Source: Verrucomicrobiota bacterium
GTDB taxonomy: Bacteria; Verrucomicrobiota; Lentisphaeria; Lentisphaerales; Lentisphaeraceae
DNA length: 64,000 bases
Direction of reading: 5' to 3'
Assembly: GCA_039798785.1 (NCBI GenBank)
Contig: JBDKFG010000002.1
Coordinates: forward strand, 60,853 to 124,852
Below are positions 1 to 8,500 of this stretch, in pieces; within the stretch, counting starts at the first letter, position 1, and each line of letters starts with the position of its first letter. The notes under the pieces were generated by a model that saw only the letters and a program-made list of their open reading frames with translations, was not told the DNA's origin and searched no databases. A program made the position numbers and the translations under genes.

Positions 1-2725
1 CCACAGCAACTGCCTCGGTCGCATTGCTCCAAATCGTGCTCAATCCACCGGGACTGAGGTCAATCGAAATGCCGTAAGGAGCGTCACGGAGATCAATAGC
101 ATCGTGCCCGCCGTCATCAATTAGGGTCACGACCTTCGCCCCGAGCTGGTCGAAGGTGTAGGTGGTGTCGCCGGCGTTTTGGGGCGTGATGCCGTAAAGC
201 TGTCGCAAGCGGGCGATGTCGTCCATCATGTAGCTCTCAGGGGAAATGCCACTGATTGCGCTGGCATCCTCGGCATCCGGAAAGCCGTTGTAGGACATCA
301 CGCTGTGGCGGACATCGTAATGAGGTGAATCCCCATCGTCGCTACCTCCTTCCGGGTAAGGGTGAGGCAAGCCGAGTGCGTGGCCGATTTCATGGATCAG
401 CGACGCAGCCTCAAAGCTCCCTGCAGTCAAGGGCGTGTAGAGGTAATCAACATTGAACCAGATATCGCCGTTAGTTGTGAATCTCGATGCGTCCTTGCCT
501 TTAGGGAAATAGGCGTAAGCGCCCGTATCCGCTTCGTGGATCATGGAGGCGAAGGTGAGCTGAGATTGCTGGACATCGACCGTCTCGGCGAAGCTCACCT
601 TGAGAAACTGCGAGATGTTGTTGAGTATCTCGCGGGTGACGGCCTTCTGCGCCTCGGTGAAGGGAGTGAAGCCGTTGCGCTCGTTCGCATCCCCTGAGTA
701 GTAGCTCGGCACAGATTGCAGGAAGGTGTAGCTGATGGTGATACCGTCGCTGGGGCTGCCATCAAACCACTGGCTGCTAGATCCAAGCGGGGTCAAAGCG
801 GCGACATCGAACAGTGGCAGCGTCCAGCCGTTACTGGCGCCGTGGCTGTCCGTGATGGAGACATTGAGGGAATGATTGGGCGAATGGATAGCTTTGAAGG
901 CGATCGAGCCAGCATTGACCTCGGCCTGGGTGAAACTGTTGACGGCTTTGCCGCTCTTGAGAAAAGTGCCGCCGTTACCTGACTCCCACGACCAGGTGTA
1001 GCGCAGCTGCGCGGGGCCGTCTTCGAGATCAGCGTCGGTCGCATGGAGCATGGAAGCATTGAGCTTCACCGTGGCGGCAGAATTGACCATCCAGGGCGCC
1101 CAGCTCAGCAGCGGAGAAGAGTTGTGGGCGCCAAAATCCAACTGCAGAGTTTGAGGCGCTGAACTCAAGGTGCCGTCACTGACGCTGAGCCGCAGCACCG
1201 GTGCGGCATTGGTACCATCGGAATGCACGAGGTAGATCTTGCCGGCGGCGAGATCGGCTTGGGTGAAGTTCGCAACCGCTTCGCCGGTATCGCGGCGCAG
1301 CTCACCGTGGGCAAGGGAAACGACCTTGAAAACCAATTGCGCAGTGGGCGTGATGTCGTCTCGGGCATCGAGGAAATCGGTGTTCAACTTGAGGTAGCCG
1401 CCTTCCTCCATGACCGCCTTACGATTGTAGAGATGGGGAGCAAGGTTCGTGGTCTGGAAGGCGAAGGGGAGCAAGGCTTCCGCGCTGCCTCCGGCCTCGT
1501 TCGTTACCTTCAGGGTCAGAGATGGAGCCACCTTGCTGCCGTCGTGGTGCAGCTTCACCAGCTTGGAGACGAGCTGTGAGTAGTCGAAGGTCATCGACTC
1601 CAGGCCATTGACGATCAGGGTCGCATGTTCAAGCCGCGTCAGGGTGAAGGTGAGCTGCTTGTCTATGGCGCTCAAGCCCAGAGACGCCGCACTGAGTACC
1701 AGCTCGCCCGACTCGCGAAGGGCGAGTGATTTTGGCGGCATCAACACGGGTGTTTCGATCCAATCGACCAGGCCGGCGACCTTCGCGCTTTTCAGACCGA
1801 AGCTATCGACAGCCTGGATGGTGAACGAGGGAGCTTTGCTGGCCTTGCTCAGTGCCGCGAAGCTGACGGCACCTGCCTCAACTTCCGCACCGGTGAAGGC
1901 GCTGGTCTTGCTGCCATTGAGGCGAAATTCTGCGGCATTGACGACAGCAGTGAAGGTTAGGTCCTCAAACCTGCCGCTGACATTGAAATCGCTGACAGCA
2001 AGGCGGTATTCTTCGGTGCCTTCTGCACTCACGTGAAGGCTGCTGAGCACAGGGACGGGAGTGACTGAGGGTGCTGAAGCTTTCCATCTGAGCGGCACAA
2101 CGATCTCTTGCGTCGGACTGGTCGGGTCGCTCAGCCGAAGGTGCAGCGCAGAAGCATGCCCGGCGTCGCTACTGCGGACATAGAGACTGGCCAGCTCAAT
2201 GCCGTTGAAGCTTCCCTGCGTGAAGGAAATGAAGTTGGCGCCGCTTTTCTGTAGAATCACCAGGTTATCGGAGCTCGTGATTTCCAAGCTCAGTTCCGAG
2301 AGCGTGTTGTCTTCGTCCGTCAGCGAAAGAGCCGCACTGAGGGACACCGGTTTGGTCGAGCTGAGGGTAATGGCTTTGGTACGAGCCACAGGAGCATCGT
2401 TCGCCTGAGTAAAACTCATCACGGGACTGAAGGAGGCGGATTTCAGGTCGAAACTGTCAGCCAGCATGGCGGTGATCGATGGAGGCAAGAGCTTGCCATC
2501 ATGCACGAAACTGATGGCGCCAGCGGCAACCTCATCCAAGCTGAAACTCTGCACTCTCACGCCTTGACGAAAGAAGGTGCCGCCGCTGACTTTCCCGAGG
2601 ATGACCGTCAAGTTGGCATCGGGAAGCGCGTCTCCGGAGGTTTCAAACATCGAGCGAGTCAGCAGAATTGAGCTGCCTTCCCGCACGAGGCCAAGCTGAA
2701 ATTGATTGAGGATGGGGGCGCTCAT
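1..2725 (-). CDS. Secreted cadherin/CSPG-repeat protein with serralysin-type (M10) zinc metalloprotease domain; 3' end runs off the window
   Basis: Manual translation from ATG at 2725 (MSAPILNQFQLGLVREG...FSLDEVAAGAISFVHDG). In the same frame, 394-362 encodes HEIGHALGLPH (HExxHxxGxxH), followed by the Met-turn SVMSY and DIARLRQLYG...GDTTYTF. Missing from the ORF track because its stop lies outside the window. The middle was not translated codon by codon. Confidence 0.85.
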   Translation of the reverse strand, partial: MSAPILNQFQLGLVREGSSILLTRSMFETSGDALPDANLTVILGKVSGGTFFRQGVRVQSFSLDEVAAGAISFVHDGKLLPPSITAMLADSFDLKSASFSPVMSFTQANDAPVARTKAITLSSTKPVSLSAALSLTDEDNTLSELSLEITSSDNLVILQKSGANFISFTQGSFNGIELASLYVRSSDAGHASALHLRLSDPTSPTQEIVVPLRWKASAPSVTPVPVLSSLHVSAEGTEEYRLAVSDFNVSGRFEDLTFTAVVNAAEFRLNGSKTSAFTGAEVEAGAVSFAALSKASKAPSFTIQAVDSFGLKSAKVAGLVDWIETPVLMPPKSLALRESGELVLSAASLGLSAIDKQLTFTLTRLEHATLIVNGLESMTFDYSQLVSKLVKLHHDGSKVAPSLTLKVTNEAGGSAEALLPFAFQTTNLAPHLYNRKAVMEEGGYLKLNTDFLDARDDITPTAQLVFKVVSLAHGELRRDTGEAVANFTQADLAAGKIYLVHSDGTNAAPVLRLSVSDGTLSSAPQTLQLDFGAHNSSPLLSWAPWMVNSAATVKLNASMLHATDADLEDGPAQLRYTWSWESGNGGTFLKSGKAVNSFTQAEVNAGSIAFKAIHSPNHSLNVSITDSHGASNGWTLPLFDVAALTPLGSSSQWFDGSPSDGITISYTFLQSVPSYYSGDANERNGFTPFTEAQKAVTREILNNISQFLKVSFAETVDVQQSQLTFASMIHEADTGAYAYFPKGKDASRFTTNGDIWFNVDYLYTPLTAGSFEAASLIHEIGHALGLPHPYPEGGSDDGDSPHYDVRHSVMSYNGFPDAEDASAISGISPESYMMDDIARLRQLYGITPQNAGDTTYTFDQLGAKVVTLIDDGGHDAIDLRDAPYGISIDLSPGGLSTIWSNATEAVAV

Positions 2726-2969
2726 CAGGCACGCGCCTGGGGTAACGGCGCTAGACCGAATGGTGATAGATTGAAATTCATCTTGATCTCCTGATACTTT
2801 GCAAGTTCACACTCTAGAGAATCCTGGCGAGAATGCGAGGTCTGTCAGGCCGGTTTAGTTGCGGGACTTGCCAAGCTCTACGGGATCTCTGAGGGTGCAG
2901 CGTCCTCCCTTGCTGAGCAGGATAGAGCCATGACTGTGATAATTCAGAGTCACATGTAGGAGGGGCGAG

Positions 2970-3038
2970 GCCCAACGTTCAAGGTAACCGGCCTTGCGCG
3001 GCTTTGTGCGCAAGGTCCGGTTGACCGCAGGGTTGGGC
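2970..3038 (-). other. Integron attC site 1
   Basis: Minus strand reads GCCCAAC (R'') CCTGCGGTCAACCGGACCTTGCGC-ACAAAGCC-GCGCAAGGCCGGTTACCTTGAAC GTTGGGC (R'). It is an imperfect palindrome with extrahelical bases and begins 1 nt after the stop of 3040-3678. Confidence 0.9.
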
Positions 3039-3039
3039 A

Positions 3040-3678
3040 TCAAAGGATTCCCCACGCAGAGAGCTTTTCTTGCCAAGCGGCAATGGAATCTTTTGCGACA
3101 GCCAAGCCGTCCAAGATGACTGTGCCATGCTTGATCTTGACGGACAAAAGCCATCCGTTACCCGCCGCGCTATCAATACCAGAATTTTGCTCGATAACCG
3201 GTACGTAACCACTTCTTGGCGTCTTCGTGAGCCTGAAGTGCTTGTCAAGATTCGCCAAATCGGCGAGCAGCGCCAATCTCGGATCGTTTGTAATAGCAGC
3301 TTCGATATCAGATGCGTTTAGACCCAGCGAAGGCGCCGCATCTTTCAGTGCATCCTTCAAGTGATAGGCGTGAATGAAGAACGAGTACAACTGCTGTAGC
3401 CATGCATGGATCGACTCTCCGCACATCCTCTCCGCGCTGGGAGAGGACACGGATTGGAGATCCTTCTGAACTTGGAGCCAGCGTTGTTTCCAATCTCTAG
3501 CTTGATTTCCGGGAATGAGTTCGGACGAACACTGCGCCGAGAAGGATATCGATTCTTCAATCGACACAGCAATCGTCAAAGCCGTTCCCCCACATTGAGG
3601 GCAAGGCAGGCGTTCCAACGTCGCACTCAATTCCGGCGGACGAGGGGTGCCACAAGTTGAACAAGTTACGGCGTCCAT
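3040..3678 (-). CDS. Hypothetical gene-cassette protein with N-terminal Zn ribbon (CxxC...CxxC)
   Basis: 212-aa ORF filling the space between two attC sites. Confidence 0.8.
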   Translation of the reverse strand: MDAVTCSTCGTPRPPELSATLERLPCPQCGGTALTIAVSIEESISFSAQCSSELIPGNQARDWKQRWLQVQKDLQSVSSPSAERMCGESIHAWLQQLYSFFIHAYHLKDALKDAAPSLGLNASDIEAAITNDPRLALLADLANLDKHFRLTKTPRSGYVPVIEQNSGIDSAAGNGWLLSVKIKHGTVILDGLAVAKDSIAAWQEKLSAWGIL

Positions 3679-3702
3679 ACTTCATTTCCGCGTAGATTTG
3701 TT

Positions 3703-3787
3703 GCCCAACATCTAGCTCATCCACGGGGTGGAAGCCCGAATTCAAACTGGAGCGTTGCCCGCCGTTGGATGGAGCGTCTTGTTAGCC
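3703..3787 (-). other. Integron attC site 2
   Basis: Minus strand reads GGCTAAC AAGACGCTCCATCCAACGG...CCGTGGATGAGCTAGAT GTTGGGC. Its R'' GGCTAAC is the exact complement of the GTTAGCC core at the start of the same cassette (4598-4592). Confidence 0.88.
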
Positions 3788-3795
3788 GTTGGTTT

Positions 3796-4581
3796 TCATG
3801 GGTTAAGAACGATTGAAAACGATCCTTCTATTTTGAGTTCTGATGCCTCAACAAAGCGCTTCATCCACAATAGCTTGTCAAGAACACGTTGATCATCTTG
3901 ACCAGTTTCATCACGCTTGATTGTCTCAAGGATTCGGCTCTTTGCACCTTCAAGAGTCAACTTCTCCTCACCAATGTATAGCTGCCCCGCCTTTTCGACT
4001 TCGTAGAGAGCGTTAAGGAAAAAATGTCCATCATCATCCTGCAAAATCAATCGCGGAATGGACTTGAACTTCTTCGCCATGGTTTCGTCCATTTCTTGAG
4101 ATCGCTCCCATTCGTAAAGCCTCGCACCGATGTCATCCTCGATCATGACTCTAGGGTAAATGGCCTTCTTTGACTCTAGGAAATATGCACATTCGACGGA
4201 GGGACCAAAGAATCCCAAATCATCAATGTAGCAATCACCAAGAACTGCTCCTCCCCGAACAAGGAATCCTTCGTTGAGAATTCGGAGTATTGATAGTGAC
4301 GTATTATAGAGGCAAATGTAAAGAAGGTTCAAGTCGTTCTTCCGCGCGTCTTCCACCCCGTCCTTGTAGGTGTAAACTATGTAAACGCAGTCAGAAAAGC
4401 TTCTCAGTTCTCGCTGATAAATGACGTGAGGCAACTGCGCTTGCCGGGCTTTGTTTCGCCCTACCTCTTCATGAAAAAGTCGGTGAATTCTGAATTTGTC
4501 ATCGAATCGTGTTCTCTGTGCTGTCCCCAAAACATCGAGGAAGATTACAGCTCCTGTTGTGTATGAAGGCGAGGAGTCCAT
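3796..4581 (-). CDS. Gene-cassette protein with class III nucleotidyl-cyclase-like motifs
   Basis: 261 aa with motifs FLDVLG, FSDCV, RGGAVLG and FFGP..AY.LE; lower GC than the flanks. Confidence 0.65.
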   Translation of the reverse strand: MDSSPSYTTGAVIFLDVLGTAQRTRFDDKFRIHRLFHEEVGRNKARQAQLPHVIYQRELRSFSDCVYIVYTYKDGVEDARKNDLNLLYICLYNTSLSILRILNEGFLVRGGAVLGDCYIDDLGFFGPSVECAYFLESKKAIYPRVMIEDDIGARLYEWERSQEMDETMAKKFKSIPRLILQDDDGHFFLNALYEVEKAGQLYIGEEKLTLEGAKSRILETIKRDETGQDDQRVLDKLLWMKRFVEASELKIEGSFSIVLNP

Positions 4582-4591
4582 GATTTCTTTC

Positions 4592-4652
4592 GGCTAACAG
4601 GTTGATATACTTCATTGGGAGCAAGGTATCACCTAGTATCCGGCCTGTCAAG
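4592..4652 (-). promoter_or_regulatory. Pc-like sigma70 promoter plus attI-like site driving the cassette array
   Basis: TTGACA (4651-4646), 17 nt, TACCTT (4628-4623) with an extended TG. Then GAAGTATATCAACCTG/TTAGCC, a core site with no attC palindrome upstream of it. Confidence 0.7.
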
Positions 4653-4889
4653 GTGCAGGGTATCACTTTGGATTGAGCACGAAGGGGTATGTAAAGCGCC
4701 AAATATCGTCCCAATCGATGACTGGGCCAGTGGCGATATTCAAAACTTACGACAGCCTCTCAGCCCCTGCGGGCTGAGGGAAGTAAGCTTAATCAAGAGA
4801 ATCTTCAAGAGGCTCTTGACAACTAGAATGACAAGCACTTAAGTGCGCCTCATTCTTACCTGAACGCCACACCCTAAAAGAATCGCCCC

Positions 4890-5213
4890 ATGTCTCCACT
4901 CGACCTCAAGCCCGCGCTTCACGCCTGGACGCTGGAGCATCGTTACGCCAAGTTGGGGATCGGGAGTCGTGCGGCCTCCAACGAGAAACAGACCCAACTG
5001 ATCCGCAGCAGTGCGCAGACCTTGCGTGAGGGCGGCAAACTTCGCCTTGCGACTGGCGCCTATGAGCTTGTGGCCCGTGCTCAAGCAGCGACCTTCGTGG
5101 TAGACATTCTTGATGCGCATGGCGAATGCTCCACGCTGACTTACCCGTCCCCCGAGGACGCGGTGCAGTTCCTGCTCGGCAGCTACGATGGGTCGGAGCC
5201 GGACCGTCACTGA
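4890..5213 (+). CDS. Hypothetical protein
   Basis: 107-aa ORF with plausible composition; no recognisable motif. Confidence 0.45.
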   Translation: MSPLDLKPALHAWTLEHRYAKLGIGSRAASNEKQTQLIRSSAQTLREGGKLRLATGAYELVARAQAATFVVDILDAHGECSTLTYPSPEDAVQFLLGSYDGSEPDRH

Positions 5214-5396
5214 CGAGTCATTGCCGCTTCATTGATTCCATCTCCGATTTCTCCTTTGCTTCGGAATCTCCCGAGTGGACAACCCGGCGTAGCGTGCTTG
5301 CGTATCCCCAGAACACAAGCACCAAGGAATCCAAGCAACTATCAAACACCTAGCTTGACCTTACATAGTCGATTCTAGCAATCGACCACAATCCCG

Positions 5397-5563
5397 TCCC
5401 TCAGTGAAAACGACCAATTTGAAGAGAGAAGGACGACATGTGGTAGAGCGCGCCCAACTGGGCGCGGTCTGTCCGTGTTTTCTCTCGGGCGCTTGGTCGT
5501 GCCTCACTGGGAACACAAAACAGACCGCGTTCTTTTTTTTGCCCTGATGGCAGGAAAGAACGC
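5397..5563 (+). promoter_or_regulatory. Structured 5' leader with alternative antiterminator/terminator pairings
   Basis: Nested stems CAGTGA/TCACTG, ACGACCAA/TTGGTCGT and GAGAGAA/TTCTCTC compete with CGCGGTCTGT(5463-72)/ACAGACCGCG(5520-29), which is followed by a T-tract. Confidence 0.55.
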
Positions 5564-5583
5564 TCCCGATGGAGATTCTTTTT

Positions 5584-8500
5584 ATGTCTTCCCTCAGCCT
5601 CATCGTCAAGCCCTTGAGCATTGTTCAAGGCATCGCTTTCAAGCTCAGCAGCGCACTCTTCACGGTCGGCGCCACAGACTACACCCTCAGCATCTCGGTG
5701 CTAGGCGGCAGCCTCTATTCCAACGGCTCAGTCGTTGGTGCCTCCGGCAGCTTCAGCCTAGCCGATCTCAAGGCAGGCAAGATCACTTTCCTCGCCGATG
5801 GCCTCAGCGTCCCCAGTTTCTTCTTCCAAGCCCATGCCAGCGGCTTTTCCGACTCCACTGAAGTCCAACCCGTGCTCAACTACAAGGCCGTCAACCAAGC
5901 TCCTGTCCTCAGTGTCCCGAGCCTCGGCAGCGATGCCGAAATCCTGCTCAAGGGCGGCAGCCTCACCATCACCCGCGAGATGATCAACGCGACAGATGCG
6001 GAAACGCCATTCGCCGGCAACATCTCCTTCAAGATCGCTAAGGTCACAGGCGGCGGGTTCCTTCTCAATGGCTTCGCCGCCAAGTCCTTTTCTCTTGCGG
6101 ACATCGACGCCAGCTCAGTCAGCTTCAAACACGACGGCAAGCTCATCGCCCCGGCTTTCACGCTCACGGTCAGTGATAGCGATGGCTCGGCTTCCGTCGC
6201 GAAAAGCACCTCATCGAGCACGGTTCACTTCGACGGCAGCCACAGCGCCGTAGCTGCCAGTACCATCCCCCACGAGATCGCCATCAAGGCTCCCATCGCC
6301 CTCGTCGAAGGCGCGACACTCAAGCTCAGCGCCAGCAATCTCCCCATCGTGGTTTCTATCAACGTCGTCCCCGCCGCCAATCAGGGCGCACTGGTTCTGC
6401 GCGTCGAGGACAGCAATCACCTCACGATTCTGGTCAGCGGCAAGAGCGGCCCGCAGGAATCCTTCACCGTCGCCGAGCTCAAGGCCGGCCTGGTCAGCAT
6501 CGTGCATGACGGTAGCCAGGAAGCCCCTAGTCTGAACCTCTCACTCCTGAATGGCGTGACTGAGCTTGATTCTCTCAGCGTCCCATTCGCTTTCAAGACC
6601 CTCAATGACGCCCCCACACTGAGCCTCAATGACCTCGTCTTCAGCCAGGGTCCGAGCCTGCTTCTCGACCGAGGTCTGTTCAATGTCGCCGACGAAGAAA
6701 CTCCCGACAGCCTCTCCGGCGCCTTCGCCTTCACCATCAAATCCGCCACCGGCCTCGAATTCCACCGCGAGGGCACGCAGGCCCCGATCAAGGGCTTCAC
6801 CCTCGCCGATGTCGACAACGGTCTGATCAGCGTCACCCGGCTCGTCACTCAGGCCAGCGATGCTGCCTATTCCCTCAGTGTCGCCGATCCCGCGGGGAAG
6901 ATCAGCGGCCTCGCCAACGGCACTGTGGTGTTCAATCACCTCCCCACCGGCACCGTGTCAATCTCAGGAGCTGGCACGACACTCCGGGAAGGCCAGACGC
7001 TCAGCGCCAACAACAGCCTCGCCGATGCCGATGGCCTCGGCCGCATCAGCTACACCTGGAAGGACCAAGATGGCCATGTCCTCGGCACGGGCAACACTCT
7101 GACCTTGACGCAAGCGCAGGTCGGCGGACAGGTACAGGTCAGCGCCAGCTACGTCGACGGCTTCGGTACTGCGGAAGCCGTCAATTCGGCCTTCAGCGGC
7201 ACCATCCAGGAGGCGATCGTCAGCCCCTCCGGCACTCTCAGTGTCATCGGCGACGCCGTGCTTGGAAACACCCTCCATGCCCGCGTCTCGAACTTGAGCG
7301 ATCCGGCCGGTCTCGGCACCTTGCTCTACACCTGGAAGGATCAAGTCGGGACCCTGCTGGGCACCGGCAAGAACCTCTACCTCGGCGAAGATATGGCGGC
7401 GCGTCAGATCACTGCCAGCGTCAGCTATGTCAACGGTCAGGGAAAAATGGGAAGTCTGAGCGCTACCAGCTTCACCACCTCGGACAGCACCATGAGCAGC
7501 GACGAAGCAAAAGTCCTGCCGCTTGCCGAGAGCGATCGAGTGAGCGAATGCGTGCTGGCCGATGGCACTCGCATCCTGATCACCAGCAGCCCGGGCGCCA
7601 AGCAACAAGGCTGGCTGCAAGTCAGCCTGCCCAATCCCGATGCCTTCAAGGCGGCAGTGGCTCTCCCCGATGGCGGCTTCGTCCTGGCCAGCAGGGTTTC
7701 TGGCAAGCTCCAGCTTCAGACCTACTTCGAGGATGGACTGGTGCAAGGAAAGCCTCAGCTTCTTTCCCTGGCGATCACCGACAGTCAGCAAATTCAGCTT
7801 CACCACCAGGCAAACGGTGACTTGATCATCGACCTGTGGAGTAGCGATTCCCATGGAGATTACCTGAGCCAATCTCGACTCAGTGACGGCAAGCTGAGCG
7901 CCGTGGAGGGACGAATCTGGCCGCTCCAAGATGGCTGGGTGAAGATTGTCACCACCGACAGCATCCACTTCCAAGCACAGATCTACCACAGTGACGGCAG
8001 TCTCGGAGGAACTGCGAACCTGGCTTCCGAAGGCAGCAACTACGAAGTTCTGCCATTCGCGGACAGCGGCTTCTTGGTGAAGTGGGATGGCTCCGACAGC
8101 CTCATGGCTCAAGCCTTCGATGCTGAAGGCACGGCTACAAGCGCGGTCTTCAAGACCTTGTACGGCGTCACGCAAGCGGCCGTCCTGAACGATCACAGTC
8201 TTGTCGTCATCGACGGCTCCAACGGCACCGAGATCAAAGTGGCTGAATTCGCTCCCGATGGCAGCCCGAGAACGCATGAGGTTCTGCGAAGCGAAAACTC
8301 CGGCTCTCTGGAGTTCCGTTCCCTAGTGGCCTTGCCCGATGGCTCCTATGCTATCGACTACATGGATCAAGGCAGTTCCTCCCAGTTCAAGAGCAAGGTC
8401 TTCACTCCCCTAAGCCAGCACCAGGATGTGGTGATTGGCTCTGAATACCAAGCCGGCGTCGCCGTGCCCGATCCTACGGGCTGGATGACCTTGAAAATCG

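Noticed and set aside
256..2408. Many + strand ORFs in the track
   Set aside because: They are antisense shadows of the long minus-strand protease gene.
2855..3154. ORF containing MPNPAVNRTLRTKPRKAGYLER
   Set aside because: This is a translation of the attC palindrome, not a gene.
5286..5297. GGCGTAGCGTG resembling the RfaH ops element
   Set aside because: It lacks one G of GGCGGTAG, lies ~300 nt from the gene, and no NusG paralogue was seen.
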